Shown: positions 9,888-20,014 of the stretch, piece by piece
Position numbering within the stretch: position 1 is the first letter of the stretch
How the letters are laid out: the number at the start of each line of letters is the position of its first letter
Source of the DNA: Spirochaetales bacterium
GTDB taxonomy: Bacteria > Spirochaetota > GWE2-31-10
NCBI GenBank assembly: GCA_017624275.1
Contig: JAGANG010000035.1
Coordinates: 1,003 to 65,002 of the forward strand
Direction: 5' to 3'
DNA: 64,000 bases
The notes under the pieces: generated by a model
Databases searched by the model: none
What the model saw: only the letters and a program-made list of their open reading frames with translations
Told to the model about the DNA's origin: nothing
Translations under genes and position numbers: made by a program

Positions 9888-10759
9888 AACGGATTCTCCA
9901 GGCTTTTAAAATTATCTTTATCCACATCCAACATCAATACCAAAACGTATTCTAATTTACTGTAATCTTCAGACATTGTAACTTTAGCTTCATTATAAAT
10001 CTCAAAACGCTTTGACGGAACAATCTCACTGATAGTTCCGATTTCAATTCCTTTACTATAGAAAAATGAATCTCCGGAAGTATAAACAAGCGGACTTATC
10101 CCTTCTTCCAAAGAAAATTCTTTAGGCACATACAACAAGCGAACATTTTGATCGGCAGTTCTTTGTCCTTGTATTACACAATGAGTTCCGTTGTAATCAA
10201 TTACTACTCCTACCTGTAAATCCGGATTTTTCAAAGTCATAACTTTTGAGGCAAAAGGCGTTACCGCAAAAACTTTTCCTACTAAAGCCTTTCGCCCGTT
10301 TTTATAACTGATTACCGCCATGTTCTCTTTGATTCCATGGTTTGATCCTTTATCTATAACTAGGTAATCAAACATATTTACAGGATCTCGACCGATAATC
10401 TGTGCGGTAAGAGATTTGTAATTAAAACTGTCACGTAACTCCAACGTATTTCGCAAATCAGAATTTTCTTTAATAATCACATTAAAATCAATCAACATCT
10501 TTCGATATTGTTCCAATTCAATCATTGCAAGATTAAGTTGTTGTTCCAATTTATTTCTTTCCGCAACCGCATTTACGACACCGTTAATACCCTTTCCGGT
10601 AGAATTAAAAATATATTGAAACGGATAAATTATTGAAAATCCTATTTTACCGGCAGAAATACCAACTTTAGTTTCCGTTAATCCGATTAACATTACAGAA
10701 ACAATTAACAAAACAAATGTTGTCAATCCACGCTTGTGATTAAAAATAAAATCTAACAT
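9884..10759 (-). CDS. mreC: Rod shape-determining protein MreC
   Basis: 291 aa. N-terminal TM segment, coiled coil (LEQQLNLAMIELEQYRK) and a beta-rich C-terminal domain. Lies immediately after mreB. Confidence 0.8.
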   Translation of the reverse strand: MLDFIFNHKRGLTTFVLLIVSVMLIGLTETKVGISAGKIGFSIIYPFQYIFNSTGKGINGVVNAVAERNKLEQQLNLAMIELEQYRKMLIDFNVIIKENSDLRNTLELRDSFNYKSLTAQIIGRDPVNMFDYLVIDKGSNHGIKENMAVISYKNGRKALVGKVFAVTPFASKVMTLKNPDLQVGVVIDYNGTHCVIQGQRTADQNVRLLYVPKEFSLEEGISPLVYTSGDSFFYSKGIEIGTISEIVPSKRFEIYNEAKVTMSEDYSKLEYVLVLMLDVDKDNFKSLENPF

Positions 10760-10762
10760 AGT

Positions 10763-11764
10763 TTATTTTTGTCTTTTTTCGATAAATTTTCCTGCACCCA
10801 AAGCAACACAAAGAAGCGGATTTTCTGCAATAATTACAGGAACTCCTGTTTGTTGTGCTACCAATTTAGACAAACCTTTAAGCAATGCACCACCGCCGGT
10901 AAGAACAATTCCGCGTTCTACAATATCTGACGCCAATTCCGGAGGTGTCTGTTCCAATGTTTTCTTAATTTCTTCAATAATTTGACTTACAGGTTCTTGT
11001 AAAGCTTCTCTTACTTCATTAGAATCGATTTCTTGAGTTTTAGGCAATCCGCTTATGGCATCACGACCGCGAATTTCAATTTTCTTAGTTTCACCTTCAG
11101 CATAAACATTTCCTATCTTTATTTTAATATCTTCTGCCGTAGATTCCCCAATCATCAAATTGTGAACCAATTTTACATATTTCAAAATTGACTCATCGAA
11201 CTCGTCACCACCTACACGAATTGCATTTGAAATTACCATACCGCCCAATGAAATAACCGAGATTTCGGAAGTACCTCCACCGATATCACAAATCATATTT
11301 CCGGCAGGCTCATCAATTGCAATATTTGCACCGATTGCCGCAGCCATTGATTCTTCTATTAAAAAGATTTCACGTGCACCGGCTTGTTCCGCTGCTTCTT
11401 TTACTGCACGACGCTCAACTTCGGTAATACATGACGGAATACCGATTGCAATTCTAGGTTTTGTTTTTAAAATATTTTTAGGAGAAACCTTTTCGATAAA
11501 ATATTTAATCATTTTCTCTGTAGTTTCAAAATCGGCAATTACACCGTCACGCAAAGGACGAATCGCTATTATTTCACGGTGTGTTCTACCGAGCATTTTT
11601 TTAGCTTCCAATCCACACGCAATTACTTTTTTAGTTCCACGCTCTACCGCAACAACTGACGGCTCAGAAAGAACAATTCCACGCCCTTTTACATGAACCA
11701 AAGTATTCGCTGTCCCTAAGTCAATTCCTAAATCCAAAGAAAACAAATCAGATAGTCTTCCCAT
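10763..11764 (-). CDS. mreB: Actin-like rod shape-determining protein MreB
   Basis: [19 protein letters not shown] and LTGGGALL actin-fold motifs. ATG 11764 with an AAAGGGG RBS is preferred over the GTG at 11773 used by the ORF track. Confidence 0.93.
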   Translation of the reverse strand: MGRLSDLFSLDLGIDLGTANTLVHVKGRGIVLSEPSVVAVERGTKKVIACGLEAKKMLGRTHREIIAIRPLRDGVIADFETTEKMIKYFIEKVSPKNILKTKPRIAIGIPSCITEVERRAVKEAAEQAGAREIFLIEESMAAAIGANIAIDEPAGNMICDIGGGTSEISVISLGGMVISNAIRVGGDEFDESILKYVKLVHNLMIGESTAEDIKIKIGNVYAEGETKKIEIRGRDAISGLPKTQEIDSNEVREALQEPVSQIIEEIKKTLEQTPPELASDIVERGIVLTGGGALLKGLSKLVAQQTGVPVIIAENPLLCVALGAGKFIEKRQK

Positions 11765-11836
11765 AAATCCCACCCCTTTCTAACTCTATAAAAATATCTA
11801 ATGATAACAAACGTCATAAAAAACTATTTGTTAAAT

Positions 11837-12787
11837 TCACAGTCGTTTTCCGGCTTTCAAATGTCCCGGATCAATCTCTATTGTTTTACGCCATTGAGCT
11901 CTGGCTTTAATATTGTCGCGGTAATACAGATAATAAATCTCACCACGTTGAAAATAAGCTTCCGCATTATTTTCGTTTAATTCAATTGTCTTGTCATAAT
12001 AATACAAGGCTTTTTCATATTTACTCTGTTCAAAACAAATTGTTCCCAATGTAAACAATGCTTTTTCTTTATTCTTTCTTTCCGTAGAAACCTCTGCCGT
12101 TTCCTGCAAATATTTTATCGCATCATCCATTTTACCCATTCGGTAATAATTAATTCCTATAGAAAGCAAAACTAAATCATTTTTCTCTAAATCTTGAGAT
12201 CTCAATAAAATCTGATTTGCTTTTTCATATTCCCCGATATAAGAATAAACCAATCCCAATACATAAAGTAAATCTATACGTTCATTTCCGCACTTAATCG
12301 CTCTGTTTAAATACTCAATACTTTGGTTGTAATATCCTTTTCCGTAGTAATAATAAATCTTACCGATACAGAAATAAACATTTCCCAAAAGATCATTAGC
12401 AGAATAAACAATCGGAACCTTACGCAAATCCGTCAAAGCAAGTGAAAAATAAACACTGCGTTTACTGCTGTCATGTTCAGCTTCACCTAACAGATAATAA
12501 GAAAAACCTCTGTACACAAGAAATTCCGGTTGCAAAGGATTGTTACGCAGTTCGGTATCCATTTTTTCTATCAATTCCAAATAATTTTTATTAGCATAAA
12601 GTACACTGTAAGACTCTTTTATCGCCAATTTTTCTTGCTTATCATTTTTTACATGACGAATACAAAAAGTAATTCCCCATATAATAAGACTTAACAGAAT
12701 TACTATTAATAAAGCATTAAAGAATAGATGAATATAATGTTTTCTTGCATTTTTTCTGCCTACATAAGGCTGATACCCATAACTCAA
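11837..12787 (-). CDS. Membrane-anchored TPR repeat protein, first gene of the mre block
   Basis: 316 aa. N-terminal TM segment (FFNALLIVILLSLIIWGITF) followed by repeated TPR-like A/Y/G-patterned 34-aa units. TTG start with an AGGAA RBS. Confidence 0.6.
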   Translation of the reverse strand: MSYGYQPYVGRKNARKHYIHLFFNALLIVILLSLIIWGITFCIRHVKNDKQEKLAIKESYSVLYANKNYLELIEKMDTELRNNPLQPEFLVYRGFSYYLLGEAEHDSSKRSVYFSLALTDLRKVPIVYSANDLLGNVYFCIGKIYYYYGKGYYNQSIEYLNRAIKCGNERIDLLYVLGLVYSYIGEYEKANQILLRSQDLEKNDLVLLSIGINYYRMGKMDDAIKYLQETAEVSTERKNKEKALFTLGTICFEQSKYEKALYYYDKTIELNENNAEAYFQRGEIYYLYYRDNIKARAQWRKTIEIDPGHLKAGKRL

Positions 12788-12832
12788 AATTTATTCCTAA
12801 AACAATCCATATCTCTGATAATTAAACAGTGT

Positions 12833-12861
12833 TTCATATAATAAATACTCTTTATTGTCAA
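12833..12861 (-). promoter_or_regulatory. Sigma70-like promoter for the TPR-mreBCD-mrdA-rodA block
   Basis: Minus strand reads TTGACA, 17 nt, TATGAA, about 45 nt upstream of the TPR gene start. Confidence 0.4.
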
Positions 12862-12901
12862 TGAAACAAGAAAATAGATACATGATTTGTTTCCCGGTAA
12901 G

Positions 12902-14227
12902 TTACGTTTCTCCATTATTCATTGATTCTTTTATTTGGCGAATCTTCTCAAGACGCTTTGCCATTGTTTGTTCAAAGCCGAAATTTTTAGGCTTATAATA
13001 AATTCTGTCTTTTAATTTATCCGGCAGACATTGCATTCCCGTAATAGGCATTTCATAATCATGAGCATACTTGTAGCCTTTCCCGTAACCGGCTTGTTCC
13101 ATTAATTTAGTAGGAGCATTTCGAATATGAAGCGGTACCGGTAAATCAGGCGAAGTTTCTATATCATGAGTAATTGCTTCTAACGCAACATAAAGCGAAT
13201 TAGACTTTGGAGCCAACGCATTATAAACAACTGCCTGTAATATAGACAACGTTGCTTCCGGCATTCCCAAAGCTTGTAATGCCTCTCGTGCCGATATCGC
13301 AACCTGCAAAGCCTGCGGATCTGCCAAACCGATATCTTCACTGCTGCATTGAATCACACGACGCATTACAGACATAGGATCATCCCCACTTTTTAAGATT
13401 TTTACGGCATAATACAACGCCGCATCTGCATCGGAATTACGCATAGATTTGTGAAGAGCCGACAGATAATCATAATGATAATCGCCAGTTTTATCATAAC
13501 TCGGAAGTCGTCCCTGCAAAACTTTTTGAATTATTTCCTTAGTAATAACAACTTTTTTGCCGCCGTCATTTTCATACGATAACTTCACAGCCATTTCCAT
13601 AATTCCCAATGCTCGCCTTGCATCTCCGCCGGCAATATTGGCAATATCAGACAACAACTGCTGCGGAAAATCCAACTCTTGCCCCACAGCTTCAGTAGAT
13701 TTTTCAAGTCCTCGCTGCAAAATTTTCATTAATTCTTCATGTTCCAGCGGTTTAAGAATAAAAACACGCATTCTGGATAATAACGGCGAAATTACCGAAA
13801 ATGACGGATTTTCCGTAGTCGCACCGATTAAAACTATTGAACCGTTTTCTACATACGACAAAAACGCATCTTGTTGTGCCTTATTAAAACGATGAATTTC
13901 ATCTATAAATAAAATTGTTTTCTGATGAAAGAAATTAAACTTTTCCTCAGCATCTTTCATAATATCTTTAACTTCTTTTATACCCGAAGTTACAGCACTC
14001 ATAGATATAAAAACGCCCTGAGTCTGCTTTGCTATAATATTTGCCAAAGTTGTTTTTCCGCAACCGGGAGGTCCCCACAAAATGAAAGATGATAAATCAT
14101 CATTTTCTATCATCTTCAACAACAAAGAATTTTCTCCGGCAACATTATATTGACCGATATATTCTGCCATTGTTGCCGGGCGTACAAGTTCCGAAAGCGG
14201 CGACATAAAAAGCGGTTTATGGACCAT
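12902..14227 (-). CDS. rarA: Replication-associated recombination protein A (RarA/MgsA AAA+ ATPase)
   Basis: Walker A GPPGCGKTT, Walker B/sensor LFIDEIHRFNK, and a conserved C-terminal MgsA region (HLRNAPT, GYGKGYKYAHD). ATG 14227 has a GGAGG RBS 5 nt upstream. The TTG at 14239 lies inside that RBS. Confidence 0.9.
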   Translation of the reverse strand: MVHKPLFMSPLSELVRPATMAEYIGQYNVAGENSLLLKMIENDDLSSFILWGPPGCGKTTLANIIAKQTQGVFISMSAVTSGIKEVKDIMKDAEEKFNFFHQKTILFIDEIHRFNKAQQDAFLSYVENGSIVLIGATTENPSFSVISPLLSRMRVFILKPLEHEELMKILQRGLEKSTEAVGQELDFPQQLLSDIANIAGGDARRALGIMEMAVKLSYENDGGKKVVITKEIIQKVLQGRLPSYDKTGDYHYDYLSALHKSMRNSDADAALYYAVKILKSGDDPMSVMRRVIQCSSEDIGLADPQALQVAISAREALQALGMPEATLSILQAVVYNALAPKSNSLYVALEAITHDIETSPDLPVPLHIRNAPTKLMEQAGYGKGYKYAHDYEMPITGMQCLPDKLKDRIYYKPKNFGFEQTMAKRLEKIRQIKESMNNGET

Positions 14228-14249
14228 TTTTACCTCCAAATCAGTTGAC

Positions 14250-15515
14250 TTATTTTTTTAAGTAAAAGATTTTTGCATTTTCATCCTGTTCAACATAAAA
14301 ACGTGTTGAAACTCCAAAAAAACCACAACAAAAATATCCGGCAACAAAATTATCACAACAAAACACCTTTGCCTGTAATGCCAACTCTTCCGGAATTCCA
14401 TGTTTTTTTAATAGATTAATAATCTTTTTTCTGCCGTTAGGAGTATCCAGTTCATCATCAGAAAGTACAGTTCTCATATTTAAAGAACCGACATTCAATG
14501 AAAAAGCAAAATCACCGGGCTTATACACTCCGATTTTTTCGTAAAATTGAATATCCCAATTGACATCTTTCGGATAAAACCACAAGTAGCCGCCTTTTGA
14601 AACGACATTCATATTATTTTTTCTAATATCAATATGTTGTGCATTCGCAATATGTTCCGTAAATTGCCGTCCGGGTTGAACATTAAAATGATAACAAATC
14701 TTTCTTACTATTTCTGAACGGACAGCCACAGGTTCATTAACAAAACTTTTCCTGTCAATACACCAAACATTGCAATCATTATAAAATAAAAGCTTTTCCA
14801 ATCGCCTGACAGTTTCTTGTTCCAAAAACTGCACATCATTATCAAAACATGCAAACACAGCTTCAAAAGACGCTTCCAGATTACCGGATAATGATTTTAA
14901 CAACGGAATAATTTCGTTTCGAATCCTGTTACGCTTATAAAGCGGTTGACTGTTAGTTTTATCTTCAACATATTCAATCGCAAATTCTTTCATATAATCA
15001 TCAATTTGCGTTCGTGATACAGTCAACAACGGTCTTATAATGTCATGATTTACAGCCGGAATGGAAGCTAAAGATTGCAAACTTCCGCCACGCAAAAGAT
15101 TAAGAAAAAAAGTTTCTATTTTGTCATTCAAATGATGAGCCGTAGCAATAAAACCGTAATCCTCACGAACTAAAACTTCTCTAAAAAAATCATAACGAAT
15201 TTTACGAGCTTTATTTTCTATACTTCCGCAATTTTGCCATTCGACAGTATCAATACTATGAATAAAAAGTGGCAGATTGTATTTTTCGATAATTGTTTTT
15301 TTTACAAAAGCTTCCTCTTCGACCGAATCTTCACCTCGTAAATTATGATTGACATAAAGTACACCGATACGCTTCCCCGGTAAAATTTTCACCAAAACAT
15401 CAAGAAGCACCATGCTGTCACGCCCGCCGGAACATGCCACCAAGATTCCTTTGTTTAATTTTTGAGAATCTAATGAATTAAAAAAATTATTAATCTTTTG
15501 ATTGATTTTTTCCAT
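14250..15515 (-). CDS. tilS: tRNA(Ile)-lysidine synthase TilS
   Basis: PP-loop motif ACSGGRDS near the N-terminus, and HHLNDKIETFFLNLLRGG. 421 aa. Confidence 0.88.
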   Translation of the reverse strand: MEKINQKINNFFNSLDSQKLNKGILVACSGGRDSMVLLDVLVKILPGKRIGVLYVNHNLRGEDSVEEEAFVKKTIIEKYNLPLFIHSIDTVEWQNCGSIENKARKIRYDFFREVLVREDYGFIATAHHLNDKIETFFLNLLRGGSLQSLASIPAVNHDIIRPLLTVSRTQIDDYMKEFAIEYVEDKTNSQPLYKRNRIRNEIIPLLKSLSGNLEASFEAVFACFDNDVQFLEQETVRRLEKLLFYNDCNVWCIDRKSFVNEPVAVRSEIVRKICYHFNVQPGRQFTEHIANAQHIDIRKNNMNVVSKGGYLWFYPKDVNWDIQFYEKIGVYKPGDFAFSLNVGSLNMRTVLSDDELDTPNGRKKIINLLKKHGIPEELALQAKVFCCDNFVAGYFCCGFFGVSTRFYVEQDENAKIFYLKK

Positions 15516-16071
15516 TAAAAAGACTCATTGCCTGTGCAGTATTACCGTGAAGAATCAACTCAAGAGATTTTTCAATCTGAACAAAAGTTTCTTCTTTGAA
15601 AGTTTTAAGCTGTTCTTCTGAAAAATTTCCCAATACAAAATTAACAAGTGTACCGTGAACTTCCGGAGCACCTACTCCTATTTTTATTCGTTGATAATCC
15701 GCAGTCCCCAATTCTTTTTCAATATTTTTCAATCCGTTATGTCCGCCGGCACTGCCACGCTGACGAATACGAGTCACCCCAAAGGGCAATGAAATATCAT
15801 CATAAATCACAATCATTTTATCTATAGGAATTTTAAAAAAAGACATTGCAGATGTCACAGCCTGCCCGCTCAAGTTCATAAAAGTTTGCGGTTTCAAAAT
15901 AACCACACTTTCCCCAAAAAGATTTCCTTTAGAAAAGCAATAATTATTTTTTTTCTTAAAATCGTCAAAACCATTATTTTGCATCAAAAAATCCGCAAAC
16001 AGAAAACCGGCATTGTGACGATTGAACTGATATTCCTTTCCGGGATTTCCGAGACAAGTAATTAAAAACAT
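15490..16071 (-). CDS. pth: Peptidyl-tRNA hydrolase
   Basis: 193 aa. CLGNPGKEYQFNRHNAGF and GSAGGHNGLKNI motifs. The 3' end overlaps the tilS start by 26 nt. Confidence 0.92.
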   Translation of the reverse strand: MFLITCLGNPGKEYQFNRHNAGFLFADFLMQNNGFDDFKKKNNYCFSKGNLFGESVVILKPQTFMNLSGQAVTSAMSFFKIPIDKMIVIYDDISLPFGVTRIRQRGSAGGHNGLKNIEKELGTADYQRIKIGVGAPEVHGTLVNFVLGNFSEEQLKTFKEETFVQIEKSLELILHGNTAQAMSLFNGKNQSKD

Positions 16072-16123
16072 AAAACTTTATCCTGTTGATTGTTTGCTCA
16101 CTTATAAAAGAATGGCTCTAAAA

Positions 16124-16447
16124 TTGCAAGAATGATTTAACGTCAGTTAAATACTCCGTTCATGTACTACGTACATTCACCGTGGATTCGAAATGTCTAA
16201 CGACATTTCATAAAGTAAAAAAGTGAGAATGAACGACAAAAGTCAGAGCTTGCCGAGGAATGGGGTGGTCATAGGAGGGGAAAACCTGTGGCTTCGCAAA
16301 GAGCCGGTGTTCCCCTCCTAACTTCTACCAACTTTGAACCAAAGTTGCATTTCTGGGCGGACTTGTCCGCAAATAAAGCTCTAAACCTTGCAAAGGTTTA
16401 TAAAGTTTTGCCCCAAAACGATTTCCAAATGCAAGCTTACTTGCAAA
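16124..16447 (+). ncRNA. Unassigned hairpin-dense, locally GC-enriched non-coding region. It is a candidate structured RNA and/or a small ORF with a sequestered Shine-Dalgarno. No family assigned.
   Basis: Promoter-like TTGCAA, 17 nt, TTAAAT at 16124..16152. Perfect stems at 16190-16209, 16272-16320 (11 bp), 16329-16347, 16357-16370, 16382-16400 and 16430-16445. No convincing ORF on either strand except 16288..16479. Confidence 0.25.
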
Positions 16448-16475
16448 GATTTATCAAAAAACAAACTCTTAATTA

Positions 16476-16503
16476 TTGAACAAAAAAATATTTATTGTAT
16501 TAT
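16476..16503 (+). promoter_or_regulatory. Sigma70-like promoter of the YeiH-like transporter gene
   Basis: TTGAAC, 16 nt, TATTAT. AGGAG RBS at 16521..16525 and ATG at 16532. Confidence 0.4.
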
Positions 16504-16531
16504 GCCGCAGATTTTAAGTTAGGAGAAAAGA

Positions 16532-17560
16532 ATGGATTTTATCAAGAAAAACGTACCGGGAATCGGTTTATGTCTTTTGATAGCAATACCGTCATGGGTT
16601 TTAGGAAAATTATTTCCTATTGTCGGCGGTGCCGTAATTGCAATCTTATTAGGAATGCTTGTAACAATATTTTTTAAAAATAAATCTTCTTTTGAAGCGG
16701 GAATAAAATTTACATCAAAGAAAATCCTGCTATGGGCGGTAATTCTTTTAGGTTTCGGATTGAATCTAAACGTTATTCTAAAAACCGGCGTGCAATCTCT
16801 TCCCATAATTATCTGTACAATCAGCACATCTTTAATCGTTGCTTTTGTCATTCATAAACTTTTTAATATTCCGTCAAAAATTTCTACATTAATCGGTGTC
16901 GGTTCTTCTATCTGCGGCGGTTCAGCCATAGCGGCAACGGCTCCGGTAATCAATGCCGACGACGAAGAGATTGCACAGTCAATATCCGTTATCTTCTTTT
17001 ATAATGTTTTAGCTGCAATATTATTCCCTATTCTTGGAAAATTAATAGGCTTTGATACATCTTCCGGTGAAGCTTTCGGGATTTTCGCAGGAACAGCCGT
17101 TAATGACACTTCATCCGTTACTGCTGCAGCTGCCACTTGGGACAGTATGTGGAATCTCGGGAATTCTACTTTAGACAAAGCCGTTACCGTAAAACTTACA
17201 CGAACATTGGCGATTATTCCGATTACATTGATTCTCGCATTTATACAAACACGAAAAGCAACATCTTCGGGACAAAAAGTTTCAATCGCTAAGATTTTCC
17301 CGTTCTTCATTATCTACTTTGTGCTTGCATCAATTATTACTACAATTTGTATTTCATTGGGACTTTCGCCTGAAATCTTTACTCCCATGAAAATTCTAAG
17401 CAAATTTTTCATTGTTACGGCAATGGCTGCAATCGGACTGAATACCGATATTGTAAAATTAATCAAAACCGGCGGAAAACCGTTGATAATCGGTGCATGC
17501 TGTTGGTTCGGAATCACAGCAATGTGTCTGTTAATGCAAAAATTATTAGGAATATGGTAA
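16532..17560 (+). CDS. YeiH/UPF0324-family putative sulfate-exporter-type membrane transporter
   Basis: 342 aa, polytopic. Family-like stretch GVGSSICGGSAIAATAPVINADDEEIAQSISVIF. Confidence 0.75.
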   Translation: MDFIKKNVPGIGLCLLIAIPSWVLGKLFPIVGGAVIAILLGMLVTIFFKNKSSFEAGIKFTSKKILLWAVILLGFGLNLNVILKTGVQSLPIIICTISTSLIVAFVIHKLFNIPSKISTLIGVGSSICGGSAIAATAPVINADDEEIAQSISVIFFYNVLAAILFPILGKLIGFDTSSGEAFGIFAGTAVNDTSSVTAAAATWDSMWNLGNSTLDKAVTVKLTRTLAIIPITLILAFIQTRKATSSGQKVSIAKIFPFFIIYFVLASIITTICISLGLSPEIFTPMKILSKFFIVTAMAAIGLNTDIVKLIKTGGKPLIIGACCWFGITAMCLLMQKLLGIW

Positions 17561-17564
17561 AAAA

Positions 17565-18248
17565 ATGCTTTTAGAAGATTTGACATCTGAAGATTACAAA
17601 ATTAAAGTTCGCAATTTTTTAGAAAACCAAACTCGTCCGGTTTATGAAAGTACCTTGCTGTGGAATATTTATCCGGAATACAAAAACAAGACAGCTTCCA
17701 TTGATACGTATCAATATCACTTTGCAATAATGCGACTTCTTTATCAATTACAAGACGAGCTGGCAAAAGAAAATATTTACCTGCATGTTCACTTTATGAG
17801 AATCAAAATGCTTCCGTATCCGAAAAAAGGGCTTTGTCGAGAATATCTTGAAGAAAGCGGTTGTTTTTGCAAAAGTCCTACAGCATCGCAACAAGATTTT
17901 TATTGTCCTTTTCATGCAAAACAAAAAAATGATGATGTTCCAGAAACGCTTTCTGTGAAATACTTTTATTTATCCGACCAAAATTATAATGCTATAAACG
18001 AGAGCAACGCCGATGCATTTCTAAACGGGACATGGGAACTTTTGTATCATTATGACGAATATATAAATGCCGTACGAACACTTGAATTACCGGAAAATTG
18101 CGATATGACAATGGTACGCCAAAATTATCACCGATTGGCAAAAAAACATCATCCGGATTTGAACGGCGGCGTTGCTTCGGAAGATTTCTTAAAAATCAAC
18201 GACGCATACCAAATATTAAAAAAGATTCTCCCCCACTTTAACCCATGA
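17565..18248 (+). CDS. J-domain protein with a Cys-rich N-terminal region
   Basis: 227 aa. C-terminal J-domain core NYHRLAKKHHPDLNGG...INDAYQILK. Central region has CREYLEESGCFCKS...YCPFH. Confidence 0.6.
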   Translation: MLLEDLTSEDYKIKVRNFLENQTRPVYESTLLWNIYPEYKNKTASIDTYQYHFAIMRLLYQLQDELAKENIYLHVHFMRIKMLPYPKKGLCREYLEESGCFCKSPTASQQDFYCPFHAKQKNDDVPETLSVKYFYLSDQNYNAINESNADAFLNGTWELLYHYDEYINAVRTLELPENCDMTMVRQNYHRLAKKHHPDLNGGVASEDFLKINDAYQILKKILPHFNP

Positions 18249-18305
18249 GTCGGGAAGCTTTACTTTCTGATTTTTATTTAGTAGACTCCGCCGAAAGGAG
18301 AATTG

Positions 18306-19997
18306 ATGTTCTATAAAATCAATCTTATTTTTTCTTTGATTTCAATTATTTCATTTTTCATATCTTGGATATTTAATTGTATATTTGAATCACAACTTAT
18401 TAACAGTATCTATTCATTTTCAAAATTATGCGTTATTTCTTTTTACTTTATAGTTCTCTTAATTCGTATTTTTTACAGAGACAAAACCACTTCAAAGTTA
18501 AGTAATTCGTTTTTTGATATTTTTGTCATAATTTTCATTTTAACAGACAATGCATTGATTATATTTCCGTCGAATATAAGATGTTTGAATTTAGAATATT
18601 TGTTAATCGCAGCAAGAATATTCTACATACGCAGACATCCGCCTACAAATGTGCGTTTAATGCGTTATCCTGAACGCAGCGTAATTATAAGTTACGCAGC
18701 TACTGTTTTTTACGGAGCATTATTGCTTAGTCTGCCGTTTTCCCGGCAACCGAATGTTTCTGTACCGTTTATAGACGCTTTTTTTATCAGTACATCAGCT
18801 TCATGTATTACAGGACTTGCAAGTGTCGATATCTCAACAACTTTCTCGTTAATCGGTCAAATTATTATTTGTATTCTCGTACAATTAGGCGGAATCGGAA
18901 TAATGATTTTTTCGGTAATAATTGCATTTACTTTCAGCAAGCATTTTTCATTGGAAGAAACACGAGCCGCATCTACCGACATTAACGAAAGCGACATCAG
19001 TTCAATACAAAAAATTATTCCGCAAATCATATTAATCACTTTTATATTCGAGGGAATCGGTTTTGTTTTACTGTTTTTAAAATTTATAACGATATTCTCA
19101 TTACCAAAAGCTTTATATTACGCAATGTTTCATTCTGTTTCTGCATTTTGTAATGCCGGATATTCCTTGTTTCCGGATAATCTAATGCAATTTTATAATT
19201 CTCCGCTGACTATTTTCACAATTTCGTTTCTTATAATTTCCGGCGGACTGGGTTTTCATGTTATTCATAATACATTTTCTTACATTAAAGAAAGAATGAA
19301 ACATAAGCGTATGTACAAACGTAAAGCCTTGAGTGAAACTTCAAAAATCGTACTTTCCGGAACAGTTTTTCAGCTTCTTGCAGGAACATATTTATTTTAT
19401 GCACTGGAACACGGTAATACTCTCAAAGATTTATCTACTCCGGTTCAATATTTAACTGCATTTTTTCAATCGGTAACATTGCGTTCTGCCGGTTTTAATA
19501 CTGTAGATTTTTCGCAACTTACTCATGGAACACAGATTATAATGTTAATTTTTATGTTCATCGGTACAGGTCCGGGATCTACCGGCGGAGGTATCAAAAT
19601 AACTTCATTTGTAATACTTTGTGCTGCCGTGTATTCATACATAAAGGAAAAAAAACAAACTGTACTGTTTCATAAAGCCGTACGCTCTGAAATAGTAACA
19701 AAAGTTTTCGTTTCGTTTTTCTATTCTATAGGTATGCTTTTTTTCGGATTGTTTTTATTAGCATTATCGGCTCCCCAAATTCCGGTATCAGATTTATTAC
19801 TTGAAACGGTATCGGCATTTGCTACAGTAGGTGTTTCTACAGGAATAACACCGCAATTAAATATAATAGGAAAATTAATTTTGATATTATTAATGTTTGC
19901 CGGTAAAGTCGGAACTTTGACATTATTTAACGCTGTTACTTCAAAAAGTAATAATACAAAAATAGAATATCCGTCAGCAAATATTAACGTCGGATAA
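18306..19997 (+). CDS. trkH: TrkH/KtrB-family potassium uptake membrane subunit with a ~110-aa N-terminal multi-TM extension
   Basis: Repeated pore-loop-like segments (SASCITGLA, FCNAGYSLF, LRSAGFNTVD, FATVGVSTGIT). ATG 18306 has an AAGGAG RBS 7 nt upstream. Confidence 0.85.
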   Translation: MFYKINLIFSLISIISFFISWIFNCIFESQLINSIYSFSKLCVISFYFIVLLIRIFYRDKTTSKLSNSFFDIFVIIFILTDNALIIFPSNIRCLNLEYLLIAARIFYIRRHPPTNVRLMRYPERSVIISYAATVFYGALLLSLPFSRQPNVSVPFIDAFFISTSASCITGLASVDISTTFSLIGQIIICILVQLGGIGIMIFSVIIAFTFSKHFSLEETRAASTDINESDISSIQKIIPQIILITFIFEGIGFVLLFLKFITIFSLPKALYYAMFHSVSAFCNAGYSLFPDNLMQFYNSPLTIFTISFLIISGGLGFHVIHNTFSYIKERMKHKRMYKRKALSETSKIVLSGTVFQLLAGTYLFYALEHGNTLKDLSTPVQYLTAFFQSVTLRSAGFNTVDFSQLTHGTQIIMLIFMFIGTGPGSTGGGIKITSFVILCAAVYSYIKEKKQTVLFHKAVRSEIVTKVFVSFFYSIGMLFFGLFLLALSAPQIPVSDLLLETVSAFATVGVSTGITPQLNIIGKLILILLMFAGKVGTLTLFNAVTSKSNNTKIEYPSANINVG

Positions 19998-20014
19998 AAC
20001 CGGAGGATTTTTTT

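Noticed and set aside
16072-16531. I considered whether the structured intergenic region is tmRNA, RNase P RNA, SRP RNA or a c-di-GMP-I riboswitch.
   Set aside because: There are partial look-alikes: GGATTCGAA, TGCCGAGG, AAAGTCAGAGC and CGCAAAG. However, I found no GGGG...CCACCA acceptor pairing or 7-nt T-loop arm (tmRNA). There is no GAGGAAAGTCC / ACAGAA...GGCTTA P4 pair (RNase P). There is no GGAA-tetraloop domain IV motif (SRP), and the second GEMM hairpin is missing. The region is left unassigned rather than forced into a family.
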